Source of the DNA: an uncultured Pelagibacteraceae bacterium
Lineage (GTDB): Bacteria > Pseudomonadota > Alphaproteobacteria > Pelagibacterales > AG-422-B15
Length of the DNA stretch: 64,000 nucleotides
NCBI GenBank assembly: GCA_902518955.1
Contig: CABYIR010000005.1
Coordinates: 3,557-67,556, forward strand
Reading direction: 5' to 3'
Shown: one piece after another, positions 34,395 to 43,856 of the stretch
Layout of the letters: the number at the start of each line of letters is the position of its first letter
How positions within the stretch are numbered: position 1 is the stretch's first letter
Program-made: the position numbers and the translations under genes
The notes under the pieces: generated by a model
The model's database searches: none
Seen by the model: only the letters and a program-made list of their open reading frames with translations
What the model was told of the DNA's origin: nothing

Positions 34395-34970
34395 TTATTT
34401 GATTTTAGTTTCTGTACCGTTTATCAGTCTTTTTATATTTTCAAGGTGAGTTATAAAAATTAATATTGTAAGCAAAACAACTAATACAATATTTGAATTA
34501 AAATAAATTATTGATATGAGAATACCACTTAAACAACTTAATAACGCTGAAAGAGATGAAATTTTTTTAGCAAAAAAAGTAATTAGCCAGATTAAAGATA
34601 TAAAAATAAATAAATAGAAATTGATCATTAACATAATTCCTAAATAGCAAGCAAATCCTTTGCCACCTTTAAATTTTAGCCATAAAGGAAAAATATGTCC
34701 TATTAGAATAGCTAAGCTAGAGATTAGAATTAATTTTTCGTTTACAATTTGAGACAAATAAATAGCTAGGCAAGCTTTTCCAAAATCTAATACTAAAGTT
34801 AAAGCTGCTGCAGTATAGTTGCCAGTTCTTAGTACGTTTGTAGTGCCAGTATTGCCAGAACCAATAGTTCGTAGGTCTTTAAGCTTAAAAATTTTTGCAA
34901 ATATTATTCCAGATGGGATCGAACCTAAAATATATGATAAAGATATTACTGAAATAACTTCAATAATCAT
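34395..34970 (-). CDS. plsY: Glycerol-3-phosphate acyltransferase PlsY
   Basis: YILGSIP.G, GSGN.G.TNV.R, GHIFP...FKGGKG, H..NI.RL..G.E. Confidence 0.96.
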   Translation of the reverse strand: MIIEVISVISLSYILGSIPSGIIFAKIFKLKDLRTIGSGNTGTTNVLRTGNYTAAALTLVLDFGKACLAIYLSQIVNEKLILISSLAILIGHIFPLWLKFKGGKGFACYLGIMLMINFYLFIFISLIWLITFFAKKISSLSALLSCLSGILISIIYFNSNIVLVVLLTILIFITHLENIKRLINGTETKIK

Positions 34971-35909
34971 CTAGTTAATTAGCATTGATAGACAAGCCAT
35001 TCTGACAGCTACACCATTTTCAACTTGTTCATTAATAACTGATTTATTTACATCATCAGCTAAAGAACTTTCAATCTCTACATCCCTATTTATTGGACCT
35101 GGATGCATAACAAGCGCATCAGCTTTCGCATTCTTCAATTTTTCTGCTGTTAGTCCGTAATGTAAAAAATATTCTTTAGTGCTGGGTAATTCTGTATCTA
35201 TGATTCTTTCATTTTGAATTCTTAGCATCATAACTATGTCTGAGTCAGATATGCCTTTTATTAATTCATGAAATATTTCTACTTTGTATTTATTTAAATC
35301 TTTTGGCTCAAAATATTTTGGATAAACAAATCTTACTTTTGAACCCATCTTTGTTAGTAAATAATAATTAGATCTTGCGACACGACTATGTTCAAGATCA
35401 CCACATATTGAAACCGTTAAATCTTTCAATGTTTTTTTATGACTGAGAATTGTAAATGCATCTAACAATGCCTGTGTTGGATGTTCATTTATTCCTTCAC
35501 CAGCATTGACAACAGGACAGTCCAAAAGATTTGAAATTTCTTCTGCTGAATTATCTTTACTATGTCTGATGACAACTAGATCAGGATTCATAGCGCCAAT
35601 TGTTTGTGCTGTATCAAATAATGTTTCTCCTTTACGTAAGGATGAACCTTCGATATTCATGTTGATAACGTCAGCGCCTAATCTTTTAGCGGCAATCTCA
35701 AAAGAAATTAATGTTCTTGTAGAAGGTTCAAAAAAAAGATTTATTATTGTTCTACCAGTAAGTATAGGATAATTTTTATTTTTTTCTTTATTTTTAAGTT
35801 TAAAAAAAACTGCAAGTTCTAAAATTTTGTTTATATCATCAATAGATAAATATTTTATACCCAATAAATGTTTTTGGCTTATTTTTGGTATTTTAATATC
35901 GTCAGACAT
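34971..35909 (-). CDS. pyrB: Aspartate carbamoyltransferase catalytic subunit
   Basis: FFEPSTRT, HPTQALLD, HSRVARS, MHPGPINR. Confidence 0.97.
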   Translation of the reverse strand: MSDDIKIPKISQKHLLGIKYLSIDDINKILELAVFFKLKNKEKNKNYPILTGRTIINLFFEPSTRTLISFEIAAKRLGADVINMNIEGSSLRKGETLFDTAQTIGAMNPDLVVIRHSKDNSAEEISNLLDCPVVNAGEGINEHPTQALLDAFTILSHKKTLKDLTVSICGDLEHSRVARSNYYLLTKMGSKVRFVYPKYFEPKDLNKYKVEIFHELIKGISDSDIVMMLRIQNERIIDTELPSTKEYFLHYGLTAEKLKNAKADALVMHPGPINRDVEIESSLADDVNKSVINEQVENGVAVRMACLSMLIN

Positions 35910-35914
35910 TTAAG

Positions 35915-36403
35915 TTAATTATTTATAATATAGTTTATAGCGCCTTCTAAGATAAATGCTGCGGCTAAGTTATCAATGTCTTTTTTGTGATCTTTCTTTT
36001 TAGCTCTACTTTTTTTAGTCATTGCAAAATTTCTTTCAACAGCGATAGTGGACAATCTTTCGTCCCAAAATCCGTACTTAATACATAACTCGCAACATAT
36101 TTTTTCAGCTTTATCTCTTGCTGATTGAGCGCTTTTACCTTCAGATCCATCCATATTTTTTGGAAGACCAAAAATTATACCTTTGATATCATATTCAAGA
36201 ATAATTTTTTTTAGCAAATTAAGTAATTCACTAAATTTATCTTCACTAATAGTTTTTAAGGGAAGCGCACCATTTAAGGATAAAGTTGAGACAGAGACGC
36301 CTATTCTTTTTTTTCCAAGATCTAATCCCATAATTCTTTTTTTGCTTAAAAGAAAAGGTTTGAATTCTTGTAAATCTTGGACTTTGTATGTTGAATTTAA
36401 CAT
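35915..36403 (-). CDS. ruvX: YqgF/RuvX RNase H-fold nuclease (pre-16S rRNA processing)
   Basis: GLDLGKKRIG, GLP.NMDG, DERLST, D..AA..IL. Confidence 0.93.
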   Translation of the reverse strand: MLNSTYKVQDLQEFKPFLLSKKRIMGLDLGKKRIGVSVSTLSLNGALPLKTISEDKFSELLNLLKKIILEYDIKGIIFGLPKNMDGSEGKSAQSARDKAEKICCELCIKYGFWDERLSTIAVERNFAMTKKSRAKKKDHKKDIDNLAAAFILEGAINYIINN

Positions 36404-36451
36404 TTTTTATATGTATATCATAGAACATTTAAAGCTTATATATTAGAAATT

Positions 36452-36739
36452 ATGGAATTTGATAAAGATAGCCTTCTCAAATTAGGTAAACTTTCAAAAA
36501 TAAAGATCGATGATGATAAATTATCTTCTTTATCTGCCGATCTTGGTTCAATTTTAAAATTTATAGATAGGTTACAGAGCATCGAAACAGATAATGTTGA
36601 TCCAACGTCAAATTCATTAGATCAGTCTCTTGTTATGAGGGATGATATTGCATTAGATGAAAATTCAGCTACTGAGATTTTAGAAAATGCACCTGATAAA
36701 GAGTTAGATTTCTTTTCTGTACCTAAGGTTATTGAATAA
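36452..36739 (+). CDS. gatC: Asp/Glu-tRNA amidotransferase subunit C
   Basis: IL.NAP....FF.VPKVIE; upstream of gatA. Confidence 0.95.
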   Translation: MEFDKDSLLKLGKLSKIKIDDDKLSSLSADLGSILKFIDRLQSIETDNVDPTSNSLDQSLVMRDDIALDENSATEILENAPDKELDFFSVPKVIE

Positions 36740-36743
36740 TAAA

Positions 36744-38219
36744 ATGAAAGCTGGTCTGAACTTAATAGAAGCTAGTGTACTACTTGAAAATAACGAGACT
36801 TCATCAGTTGAACTTACTAAAATTTATTTAGATAACATTAATAAAGGCAAAGAGCTAAATTGTTATAATACCGTTTCTTTCGAAGAAGCTCTAAAAGAAG
36901 CTGAAAGTTCTGACAAAAGACGAAGAGAAAAGAAGTCCAAAAGTAGATTTGATGGTATACCAATAGGTATTAAAGATTTATTTTGTACAAAGAATATAAA
37001 GACTACTGCATCTAGTAAGATTTTGTCTAACTTTGTGCCTACCTATGAGTCAACCGCATCTCAAAATTGTCTTAATGCTGGTTTAATAAGTCTCGGTAAG
37101 TTGAATTGTGATGAATTTGCGATGGGATCAACTAATAAAACTAGCTATTTTGGTTCAGTAATAAATCCATGGAAGTCTAAAAATTCAGATGCCCATCTTG
37201 TTCCAGGTGGATCATCAGGTGGTTCAGCCGCAGCTGTCGCGGCAGATTTATGTATTGCCTCATTAGGAACGGATACAGGAGGTTCAATTAGGCAGCCTGC
37301 TTCTTTTACAGGAACGGTCGGCTTAAAACCAACCTATGGAAGAGTTTCTCGATGGGGTATCGTTGCTTTTGCCTCTTCATTAGATCAAGCTGGGCCCATT
37401 ACCAAAACTGTAGAGGATGCGGCAGCTTTATTTGAGATTATTTCAGGTTATGACTCAAAAGACTCAACTTCATCAATAAAACAAAAAGAAAATTTTTACG
37501 ATAATTTAAATAGTTCGGTTAAAGGGATGAAAATTGGAGTCCCAAAAGAATTTAAAAGTGACGATCTTCCTACCAGTACCCAAAAGGCTTGGGATGATTG
37601 CAAAAAGTTATTACAGGAAAATGGTGCTGAATTAATTGATATAAGTCTTCCACACACAATGGATGCACTCCCAACTTATTATATAATTGCTCCAGCTGAA
37701 GCTTCTTCAAACTTAGCTAGATATGATGGTGTAAAATATGGAATTAGAGAAAATGGAAAAAATCTTATCGAAATGTATGAGGAGACAAGGTCTATTGGTT
37801 TTGGAGATGAGGTAAAAAGAAGAATATTGATCGGTACATATGTACTTTCGTCCGGTTATTATGATGCTTATTATATAAAAGCTCAAAAAGTAAGATCGTT
37901 AATTAAAAGTGATTTTAACGAGGCATTTAAAAGAGTAGATGCGATTTTAACACCTTCTACGCCATCAACTGCTTTTGAAATTGAGAATGAACCAAAAGAT
38001 CCTGTTCAAACATACTTGAACGACATATTCACTGTTCCAGTCAACCTGGCTGGTATTCCCGCAATTTCAGTTCCTTTTGCAAATGATGAGAACAATTTGC
38101 CAATTGGACTTCAATTAATAACAAATTCTTTTGAGGAGCAAAAATTGCTAAATATTGCAAAGAATGTTCAGGACACAATTAATTATACCCCTAATCTTGA
38201 TAAGTGGTGGATTAAATGA
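36744..38219 (+). CDS. gatA: Asp/Glu-tRNA amidotransferase subunit A
   Basis: [32 protein letters not shown]; ATG at 36744 (TTG at 36732 possible). Confidence 0.98.
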   Translation: MKAGLNLIEASVLLENNETSSVELTKIYLDNINKGKELNCYNTVSFEEALKEAESSDKRRREKKSKSRFDGIPIGIKDLFCTKNIKTTASSKILSNFVPTYESTASQNCLNAGLISLGKLNCDEFAMGSTNKTSYFGSVINPWKSKNSDAHLVPGGSSGGSAAAVAADLCIASLGTDTGGSIRQPASFTGTVGLKPTYGRVSRWGIVAFASSLDQAGPITKTVEDAAALFEIISGYDSKDSTSSIKQKENFYDNLNSSVKGMKIGVPKEFKSDDLPTSTQKAWDDCKKLLQENGAELIDISLPHTMDALPTYYIIAPAEASSNLARYDGVKYGIRENGKNLIEMYEETRSIGFGDEVKRRILIGTYVLSSGYYDAYYIKAQKVRSLIKSDFNEAFKRVDAILTPSTPSTAFEIENEPKDPVQTYLNDIFTVPVNLAGIPAISVPFANDENNLPIGLQLITNSFEEQKLLNIAKNVQDTINYTPNLDKWWIK

Positions 38220-39646
38220 TTAACGGTTGGGAGTTAGTAATTGGAATTGAAATTCATGCACAGGTAAAATCCAACTCAAAACTCTTTTCTTCTTCATCAA
38301 CAGATTTTGGTTCAGGGCCTAACAGTCAAGTTAGCCTTGTAGATGCAGCAATGCCAGGAATGTTGCCAGTAATTAATAAATTTTGTGTTGAGCAAGCTGT
38401 TCGGTCTGGAATTGGATTAAATGCTAAAATTAATAATAAATCTATTTTTGATCGAAAAAACTATTTTTATCAGGACCTACCTCAAGGATATCAGATTTCA
38501 CAGTTCAAAGATCCTATCGTTGGCAATGGATTTATAGACATTGTATTAGATGACCAAACCAAAAGAATTGGCATTGAACGATTGCACTTAGAACAAGATG
38601 CAGGAAAGAGTCTCCACGATCAAGATCCAAATTTAACTTTTGTAGACTTAAATCGTTCTGGAATTGCTCTAATGGAAATAGTTTCAAAACCTGATATGTC
38701 ATCTGCTGATGAGGCAGTAGAGTATGTTAAAAAAGTAAGGTCTATTTTACGTTATTTAGATACTTGCGATGGAAATATGGAGCAAGGATCTTTAAGAGCA
38801 GACGTGAATGTATCAGTAAATAAGCCAGGAAATGAATTAGGAACAAGGTGCGAGATTAAGAACTTAAATTCTTTTAAATATATTCATTCAGCCATTATTT
38901 ACGAAGCAAAAAGGCAAATTAAGTTAATTGAGTCAGGAGAAAGCATAAATCAAGAAACAAGATTATATAATATTGATACTGGAGAAACACACTCTATGAG
39001 ATCAAAAGAAGATGCTCATGACTATCGATATTTCCCTGATCCAGATTTATTACCTCTTGAGATTGAAAATAAATGGATTGAAGAAATTAAAAGTACAATA
39101 CCTGAGCTTCCTGATCAGAAAAAAAATAGATTCATAAAAGATTATAATCTAAATGAGTATGACGCAGGTGTAATTGTTTCAGACAAGGCAACAAGCGATT
39201 ATTATGAAAAAGTAGTCAAGAATAGAAGTCCAAAGCTTGTAACGACTTGGGTAACTAGTGAGTTATTTTCAGTATTAAATAAAAAAAATCTAAGTATTGA
39301 TGAGAGCCCTGTAGCTTATGATAAATTAGGCGAATTAATAGATAATATAGAAAGTGGAAAAGTTTCTAATCGACTTGCTAAAGATATTTTTGAAGAAATG
39401 TGTGAAATGGGTAAGTCACCGGGTGAAATTATTGCTGAAAAAGGATTATCACAAATCAGCGATGAGGGAGAACTAGAGAAACTAGTTAATGATGTACTCA
39501 TAGCAAACCCTAAAAACGTTGAAAAATATAAAAATGGAAAAGATAAGCTTTTTGGTTTTTTTGTAGGTGAGGCAATGAAGCTTTCAAAGGGAAAAGCAAA
39601 TCCGAAATTATTGAATGAGCTTTTGAAAAGTAAATTAAATACTTAG
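38216..39646 (+). CDS. gatB: Asp/Glu-tRNA amidotransferase subunit B
   Basis: [41 protein letters not shown]. Confidence 0.99.
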   Translation: MINGWELVIGIEIHAQVKSNSKLFSSSSTDFGSGPNSQVSLVDAAMPGMLPVINKFCVEQAVRSGIGLNAKINNKSIFDRKNYFYQDLPQGYQISQFKDPIVGNGFIDIVLDDQTKRIGIERLHLEQDAGKSLHDQDPNLTFVDLNRSGIALMEIVSKPDMSSADEAVEYVKKVRSILRYLDTCDGNMEQGSLRADVNVSVNKPGNELGTRCEIKNLNSFKYIHSAIIYEAKRQIKLIESGESINQETRLYNIDTGETHSMRSKEDAHDYRYFPDPDLLPLEIENKWIEEIKSTIPELPDQKKNRFIKDYNLNEYDAGVIVSDKATSDYYEKVVKNRSPKLVTTWVTSELFSVLNKKNLSIDESPVAYDKLGELIDNIESGKVSNRLAKDIFEEMCEMGKSPGEIIAEKGLSQISDEGELEKLVNDVLIANPKNVEKYKNGKDKLFGFFVGEAMKLSKGKANPKLLNELLKSKLNT

Positions 39647-39682
39647 ATTATTTGTTCTATTTATAGTAATAATCTATTTACC

Positions 39683-39776
39683 GGAGAGATGGGTGAGTGG
39701 TTGAAACCGGCTCCCTGCTAAGGAGTTGTGCGGGCTTATACCCGTACCGAGGGTTCGAATCCCTCTCTCTCCGCCA
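39683..39776 (+). tRNA. tRNA-Ser(GCT)
   Basis: GGAGAGA/TCTCTCC acceptor stem, anticodon loop CT-GCT-AA, long variable arm, GGTTCGAATCC T-arm, G discriminator and encoded CCA. Confidence 0.96.
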
Positions 39777-41915
39777 CTAATTTGAAGGTCTTATTGTCGG
39801 TTTGATAACTGACTTACCACCAACATAACCTTGATTAAGATTATCCTTTATTGAATATTTCTGGGGCAAATTATTCTTATCTAAAAAACTGTAAACCTGA
39901 ACATTTTCAATTACTCTTTGAACATAATTTCTAGTTTCCTTAAACGGAATAAGTTCTATCCAATTAATAGGAGTAATATCATCGCTTCTTGGATCTCCAT
40001 ATTTTTTAATCCAAGCATTAACTCTTGATGGTCCTGCATTATAAGCTGCAAGTGTTAGTATGTAAGAACCATTATATGATGATAGCAGTTGATCTAGATA
40101 TGCGCTTCCTAATACTACATTATAGCTCGGATCATCAGTTAATTTATTTTTTGAATAAGGAAGCTTGAGTCCTTTAGATATTTTTTTTGCGGTATATGGC
40201 ATTAACTGCATTAAACCTTTAGCTCCAGCATAACTCCCCGCTTTAGGGTCAAATTGACTTTCTTGTCTTATTACTGCATGAATTAAGCTTTGATCTGGAA
40301 AAATTAGTTTTTCATAACTAGGCCTTGGAACGGTAGGAAAACTTTTGGGTTCGAGGTAAAAGTTTTTATAATAATAATATTTTCCTGATTGAACTGCAAA
40401 ATCATATCGCTCAAGATCAGTTGCTAAATAAATTGCTTGAGTAGCAGCTGCTTCATTACGATTTTCAGCTAAATCCATGATGAATTTTTTTACTAGCTTA
40501 TCTTGATCAAATTCATTTAATAAAGAAACTGCTGAATAAACGTCTTTTAGCTGCGTGTTTAAAAGAAAGTCTTTTTCAGTAATTGGATTTATTTCAGGAT
40601 TATATTGAATATTATCCTTGTTAATTTCTGTAGCAGCTAATTGTCCATAAAATGTGAGGTGATAATTTGCTGATTTTATATACCAGTTTTGACTTTTTTC
40701 CTTATCAAAATTTTCTAGTGATTTTCCAATCCAATAAGAAGCCCTTGCTTTTGAAATTGGCCTAGAAGAAACATCCCATATTCTTTGAAAATGATATTTT
40801 GCTGCTGCGGGATCTTTTAGAAAAGTAATACTAATCCAACCAGCAAGCCATTCTGCTTCAGCGATTTCTGCATTTGTCACGAGTCCATGGTTTAAAGACA
40901 TCTTATATGCTGACATATATTTATGCTGATCAATCAATCTTCTAATTAAAAAACTTTTTAATTTCCAAAACTTATCCGGCCGCTCTAGATAAGACGGATC
41001 TTTTTTATTAATTTCCAACATCATTGACATAGCACTGTCATATTTTCTTTTTTTAATTCTCCATCTTAAGCGGTCATGTTGTAAGCCGGCATTGTTAATT
41101 AATTTGTCAGGAACATTTGAAACTAGTTGATCAACTCCGCCAGAGAATGAGATTAGTCCTATTCTTGCTTCAAAAAGTTTTTGATAATCTTTTTCCACAT
41201 ATTTAATAAGAGAACGTGCAGTTCCATACTTTCCATTCCAAAGAAGTTGATTAATTCTTTTTTTATGATCTTCTTGTGTGAGAAAATTCTTAAATTTACT
41301 TATTATGACCTTTTGTTCATTTCTGGTGAAACTCCCACTTATATAGCCTTCTTTAATTAACAATTCTGCAAGAGAATCGTTCCCTTTTTTGAGTAGAGAA
41401 TTTCCATAATATATCTTACCCCAACCAGTAAGTGGTTTTTGATATTTAAAATAATCTATTAATTCATCATGATCATCAGAAAATGATATTTTATTTTCAG
41501 TTTTTATTTTAATACTATCAATTAATGGCCAATGTGAATTCTCACTTAAAAAATTTCTATAGTCTGTGAATGTTAAATCATCGGCTCCATTGTAATGTCT
41601 AATCCAATTAAGAATATTTTGAGCATCTTCATTCTCAATTTTTTGACTTATAATTTTTACACTTTTCCACCTCCATTTTTTTGCCTGAGTAAGAGCTAGA
41701 TCAAAATTTTCATAATCTTTATTGCTTAGTTTAAGCGATAGAAGAGGCTGCGTGGGTCTTTTAACAGGTATGAGACTCGAGGTAATAGGTCTCTTTATTG
41801 GTTCAAGATCTACTTTACCATCTAAATTATGATCGAAGATATTTTCACTTTGAGCAACCATAGATTGAAAGGTTAAAAAAAAGAGTATAAAGCCAATAAG
41901 TGGCAAATTAATCAT
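39777..41915 (-). CDS. slt: Soluble lytic murein transglycosylase (Slt70-like)
   Basis: Signal-peptide-like N-terminus; catalytic RQESQF, GLMQLMP, AAYNAG, ETRNYV. Confidence 0.93.
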   Translation of the reverse strand: MINLPLIGFILFFLTFQSMVAQSENIFDHNLDGKVDLEPIKRPITSSLIPVKRPTQPLLSLKLSNKDYENFDLALTQAKKWRWKSVKIISQKIENEDAQNILNWIRHYNGADDLTFTDYRNFLSENSHWPLIDSIKIKTENKISFSDDHDELIDYFKYQKPLTGWGKIYYGNSLLKKGNDSLAELLIKEGYISGSFTRNEQKVIISKFKNFLTQEDHKKRINQLLWNGKYGTARSLIKYVEKDYQKLFEARIGLISFSGGVDQLVSNVPDKLINNAGLQHDRLRWRIKKRKYDSAMSMMLEINKKDPSYLERPDKFWKLKSFLIRRLIDQHKYMSAYKMSLNHGLVTNAEIAEAEWLAGWISITFLKDPAAAKYHFQRIWDVSSRPISKARASYWIGKSLENFDKEKSQNWYIKSANYHLTFYGQLAATEINKDNIQYNPEINPITEKDFLLNTQLKDVYSAVSLLNEFDQDKLVKKFIMDLAENRNEAAATQAIYLATDLERYDFAVQSGKYYYYKNFYLEPKSFPTVPRPSYEKLIFPDQSLIHAVIRQESQFDPKAGSYAGAKGLMQLMPYTAKKISKGLKLPYSKNKLTDDPSYNVVLGSAYLDQLLSSYNGSYILTLAAYNAGPSRVNAWIKKYGDPRSDDITPINWIELIPFKETRNYVQRVIENVQVYSFLDKNNLPQKYSIKDNLNQGYVGGKSVIKPTIRPSN

Positions 41916-41997
41916 TATGAGTATTGTATATTAAAGACGGGTGAGTATATTTGTGATTTATTGTTTTTTAAATATATAAAAGTGTTAAAATATTATT

Positions 41998-42870
41998 ATG
42001 TTTAAAGGTGTTTTTACCGCATTATTAACTCCATTTAAGAATGGAGAGCTGGATGAAGTCTCTTTTAGGTCTTTTATTGATTTTCAAATAGAGTCAGGAA
42101 TTCATGGTCTAGTACCTGTAGGTACTACGGGAGAATCACCAACAGTTTCTCATGATGAACACAAATTAGCCGTTGAAATTTGTATTGATCAGGCAAATAA
42201 AAAAGTTCCTGTTATTGCAGGAACTGGATCAAATAATACAGCAGAAGCCATTGAATTAACTAATCATGCATGTGAAAAAGGTGCAGATGCCGCACTAGTA
42301 GTGACCCCTTACTATAATAAGCCAAATCAGGAAGGGCTGTATGCGCATTATAAAGCTATTTCTGAAAACTCAGATATTCCAATAGTGATTTATAATATTC
42401 CTGGTCGATCAATTGTTGATATGAACTTAGAAACAATTAACAAACTATTTCAGATCAAAAATATAATAGGTGTTAAAGACGCAACATCTGACATTTCAAG
42501 AGTGTTTAAATATAAGAGCATTATAGGCGATAGTTTTAATCAACTATCTGGAGAAGATGCTACAACTTTAGCTTATATGACTTATGGAGGCCATGGATCA
42601 ATCTCAGTCACATCAAATATTGCACCAAAATTATGCTCTGAATTTATGAATTTGTGTCTTGCTGGTAAATTTGATGAAGCCTCTAAAATAAATGATAAAT
42701 TAATGAAATTACATGAATGTTTATTCTTAGAGCCAAGCCCTGGACCTGTAAAGTATGCTGCTGAAAAACTTGGCCTAATGTCAAGTGAACTACGTCTTCC
42801 ATTAGTAGAAATAAGCAAAAATACTAAAGATAGGGTCGATGAAGCAATGAAGTTTGCCTCATTAATTTAA
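41998..42870 (+). CDS. dapA: 4-hydroxy-tetrahydrodipicolinate synthase
   Basis: GTTGESPT, PYYNKP, YNIPGRS, GVKDA, SGED. Confidence 0.98.
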   Translation: MFKGVFTALLTPFKNGELDEVSFRSFIDFQIESGIHGLVPVGTTGESPTVSHDEHKLAVEICIDQANKKVPVIAGTGSNNTAEAIELTNHACEKGADAALVVTPYYNKPNQEGLYAHYKAISENSDIPIVIYNIPGRSIVDMNLETINKLFQIKNIIGVKDATSDISRVFKYKSIIGDSFNQLSGEDATTLAYMTYGGHGSISVTSNIAPKLCSEFMNLCLAGKFDEASKINDKLMKLHECLFLEPSPGPVKYAAEKLGLMSSELRLPLVEISKNTKDRVDEAMKFASLI

Positions 42871-42872
42871 AA

Positions 42873-43310
42873 TTGAATCAGTCAGTACAAAATAGAAAAG
42901 CTCGATACAATTATTTTTTTCTTGAAAAATTTGAAGCCGGTATTGAGCTTCGTGGAAGTGAAATAAAATCCTTAAGAGATGGACGAGTTGATATTGCTGA
43001 GTCTTTTGCTCGGGAAGAAGATAACGAGATTTATTTAATTAATTCTTATTTTGCCAAATATTCAAACTCCTCATACATGAATCACGAGGAAAATAGGCAG
43101 CGAAAACTTCTTCTTCATAAAAAAGAGATAAGAAAAATTGTTGGAAAATTAAATAAAGAGTCTCTAACTTTAATTCCTATAAAAATATACTTTAATAGAA
43201 AAGGATTAGCTAAAGTTGAATTGGCATTATCTAAAGGTAAAAAAAATTATGATAAAAGAGAAAGTAAAAAGAAAAAATCTTGGGAAAGAGAAAAAAGGAA
43301 TATTAAATGA
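42873..43310 (+). CDS. smpB: SsrA-binding protein
   Basis: NRKA..NY, EAGI.L.G.EIKSLR, RKLLLH, GKK.YDKR; TTG start. Confidence 0.97.
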   Translation: MNQSVQNRKARYNYFFLEKFEAGIELRGSEIKSLRDGRVDIAESFAREEDNEIYLINSYFAKYSNSSYMNHEENRQRKLLLHKKEIRKIVGKLNKESLTLIPIKIYFNRKGLAKVELALSKGKKNYDKRESKKKKSWEREKRNIK

Positions 43311-43825
43311 TATACTTAATAGCAATTGGCTCTAATTCACATTCAAGGTTTGGAAGTCCAATTAATAATCTTAAAAATTCAATCAAACTTTTAGAAACTA
43401 AAAACATTCAAGTTTTAAAGAAATCAAGTATTTATTTATCTCCTCCGAAAGATTTTAGAAAAGCAGCAGGAACTTTTTATAATGCAGTTATTATGGTAAA
43501 TACATCTCTTAAACCAATAAACTTATTAAGAGAATTAAAAAAAATTGAATCCTTAATGGGTAGGCATAAGTATAAAAAAAATACATCCAGAACTTGTGAC
43601 TTAGATATAATACTTCATAAATCAAAAGATATTATAAGAGATGATACGTCGGAATTAACTTGTTTTATTCCTCATCCTGAAATGTGTAATCGTAATTTTG
43701 TAATGGCGCCACTCACCGAAATATGCCCTAATTGGAGGCATCCAGTAGAAGAAAAGAGTATTTTAACTATCTCAAAAAGAAAATTCTTTACAGATAGGCT
43801 GTATAAAGCCACAAATGTGCTATAA
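43307..43825 (+). CDS. folK: 6-hydroxymethyl-7,8-dihydropterin pyrophosphokinase
   Basis: IAIGSN, FYNAV, IE..MGR, RTCDLDII, PHP.M..R.FV..PL.EI.P.W.HP. Confidence 0.93.
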   Translation: MIYLIAIGSNSHSRFGSPINNLKNSIKLLETKNIQVLKKSSIYLSPPKDFRKAAGTFYNAVIMVNTSLKPINLLRELKKIESLMGRHKYKKNTSRTCDLDIILHKSKDIIRDDTSELTCFIPHPEMCNRNFVMAPLTEICPNWRHPVEEKSILTISKRKFFTDRLYKATNVL

Positions 43826-43856
43826 AATGCATTTGTATGTTATTTCTTGAATATAT

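Noticed and set aside
39683-39800. tRNA-Ser as an island or prophage attachment site
   Set aside because: No integrase and no duplicated tRNA 3' end were seen, and the flanking genes are core genes.
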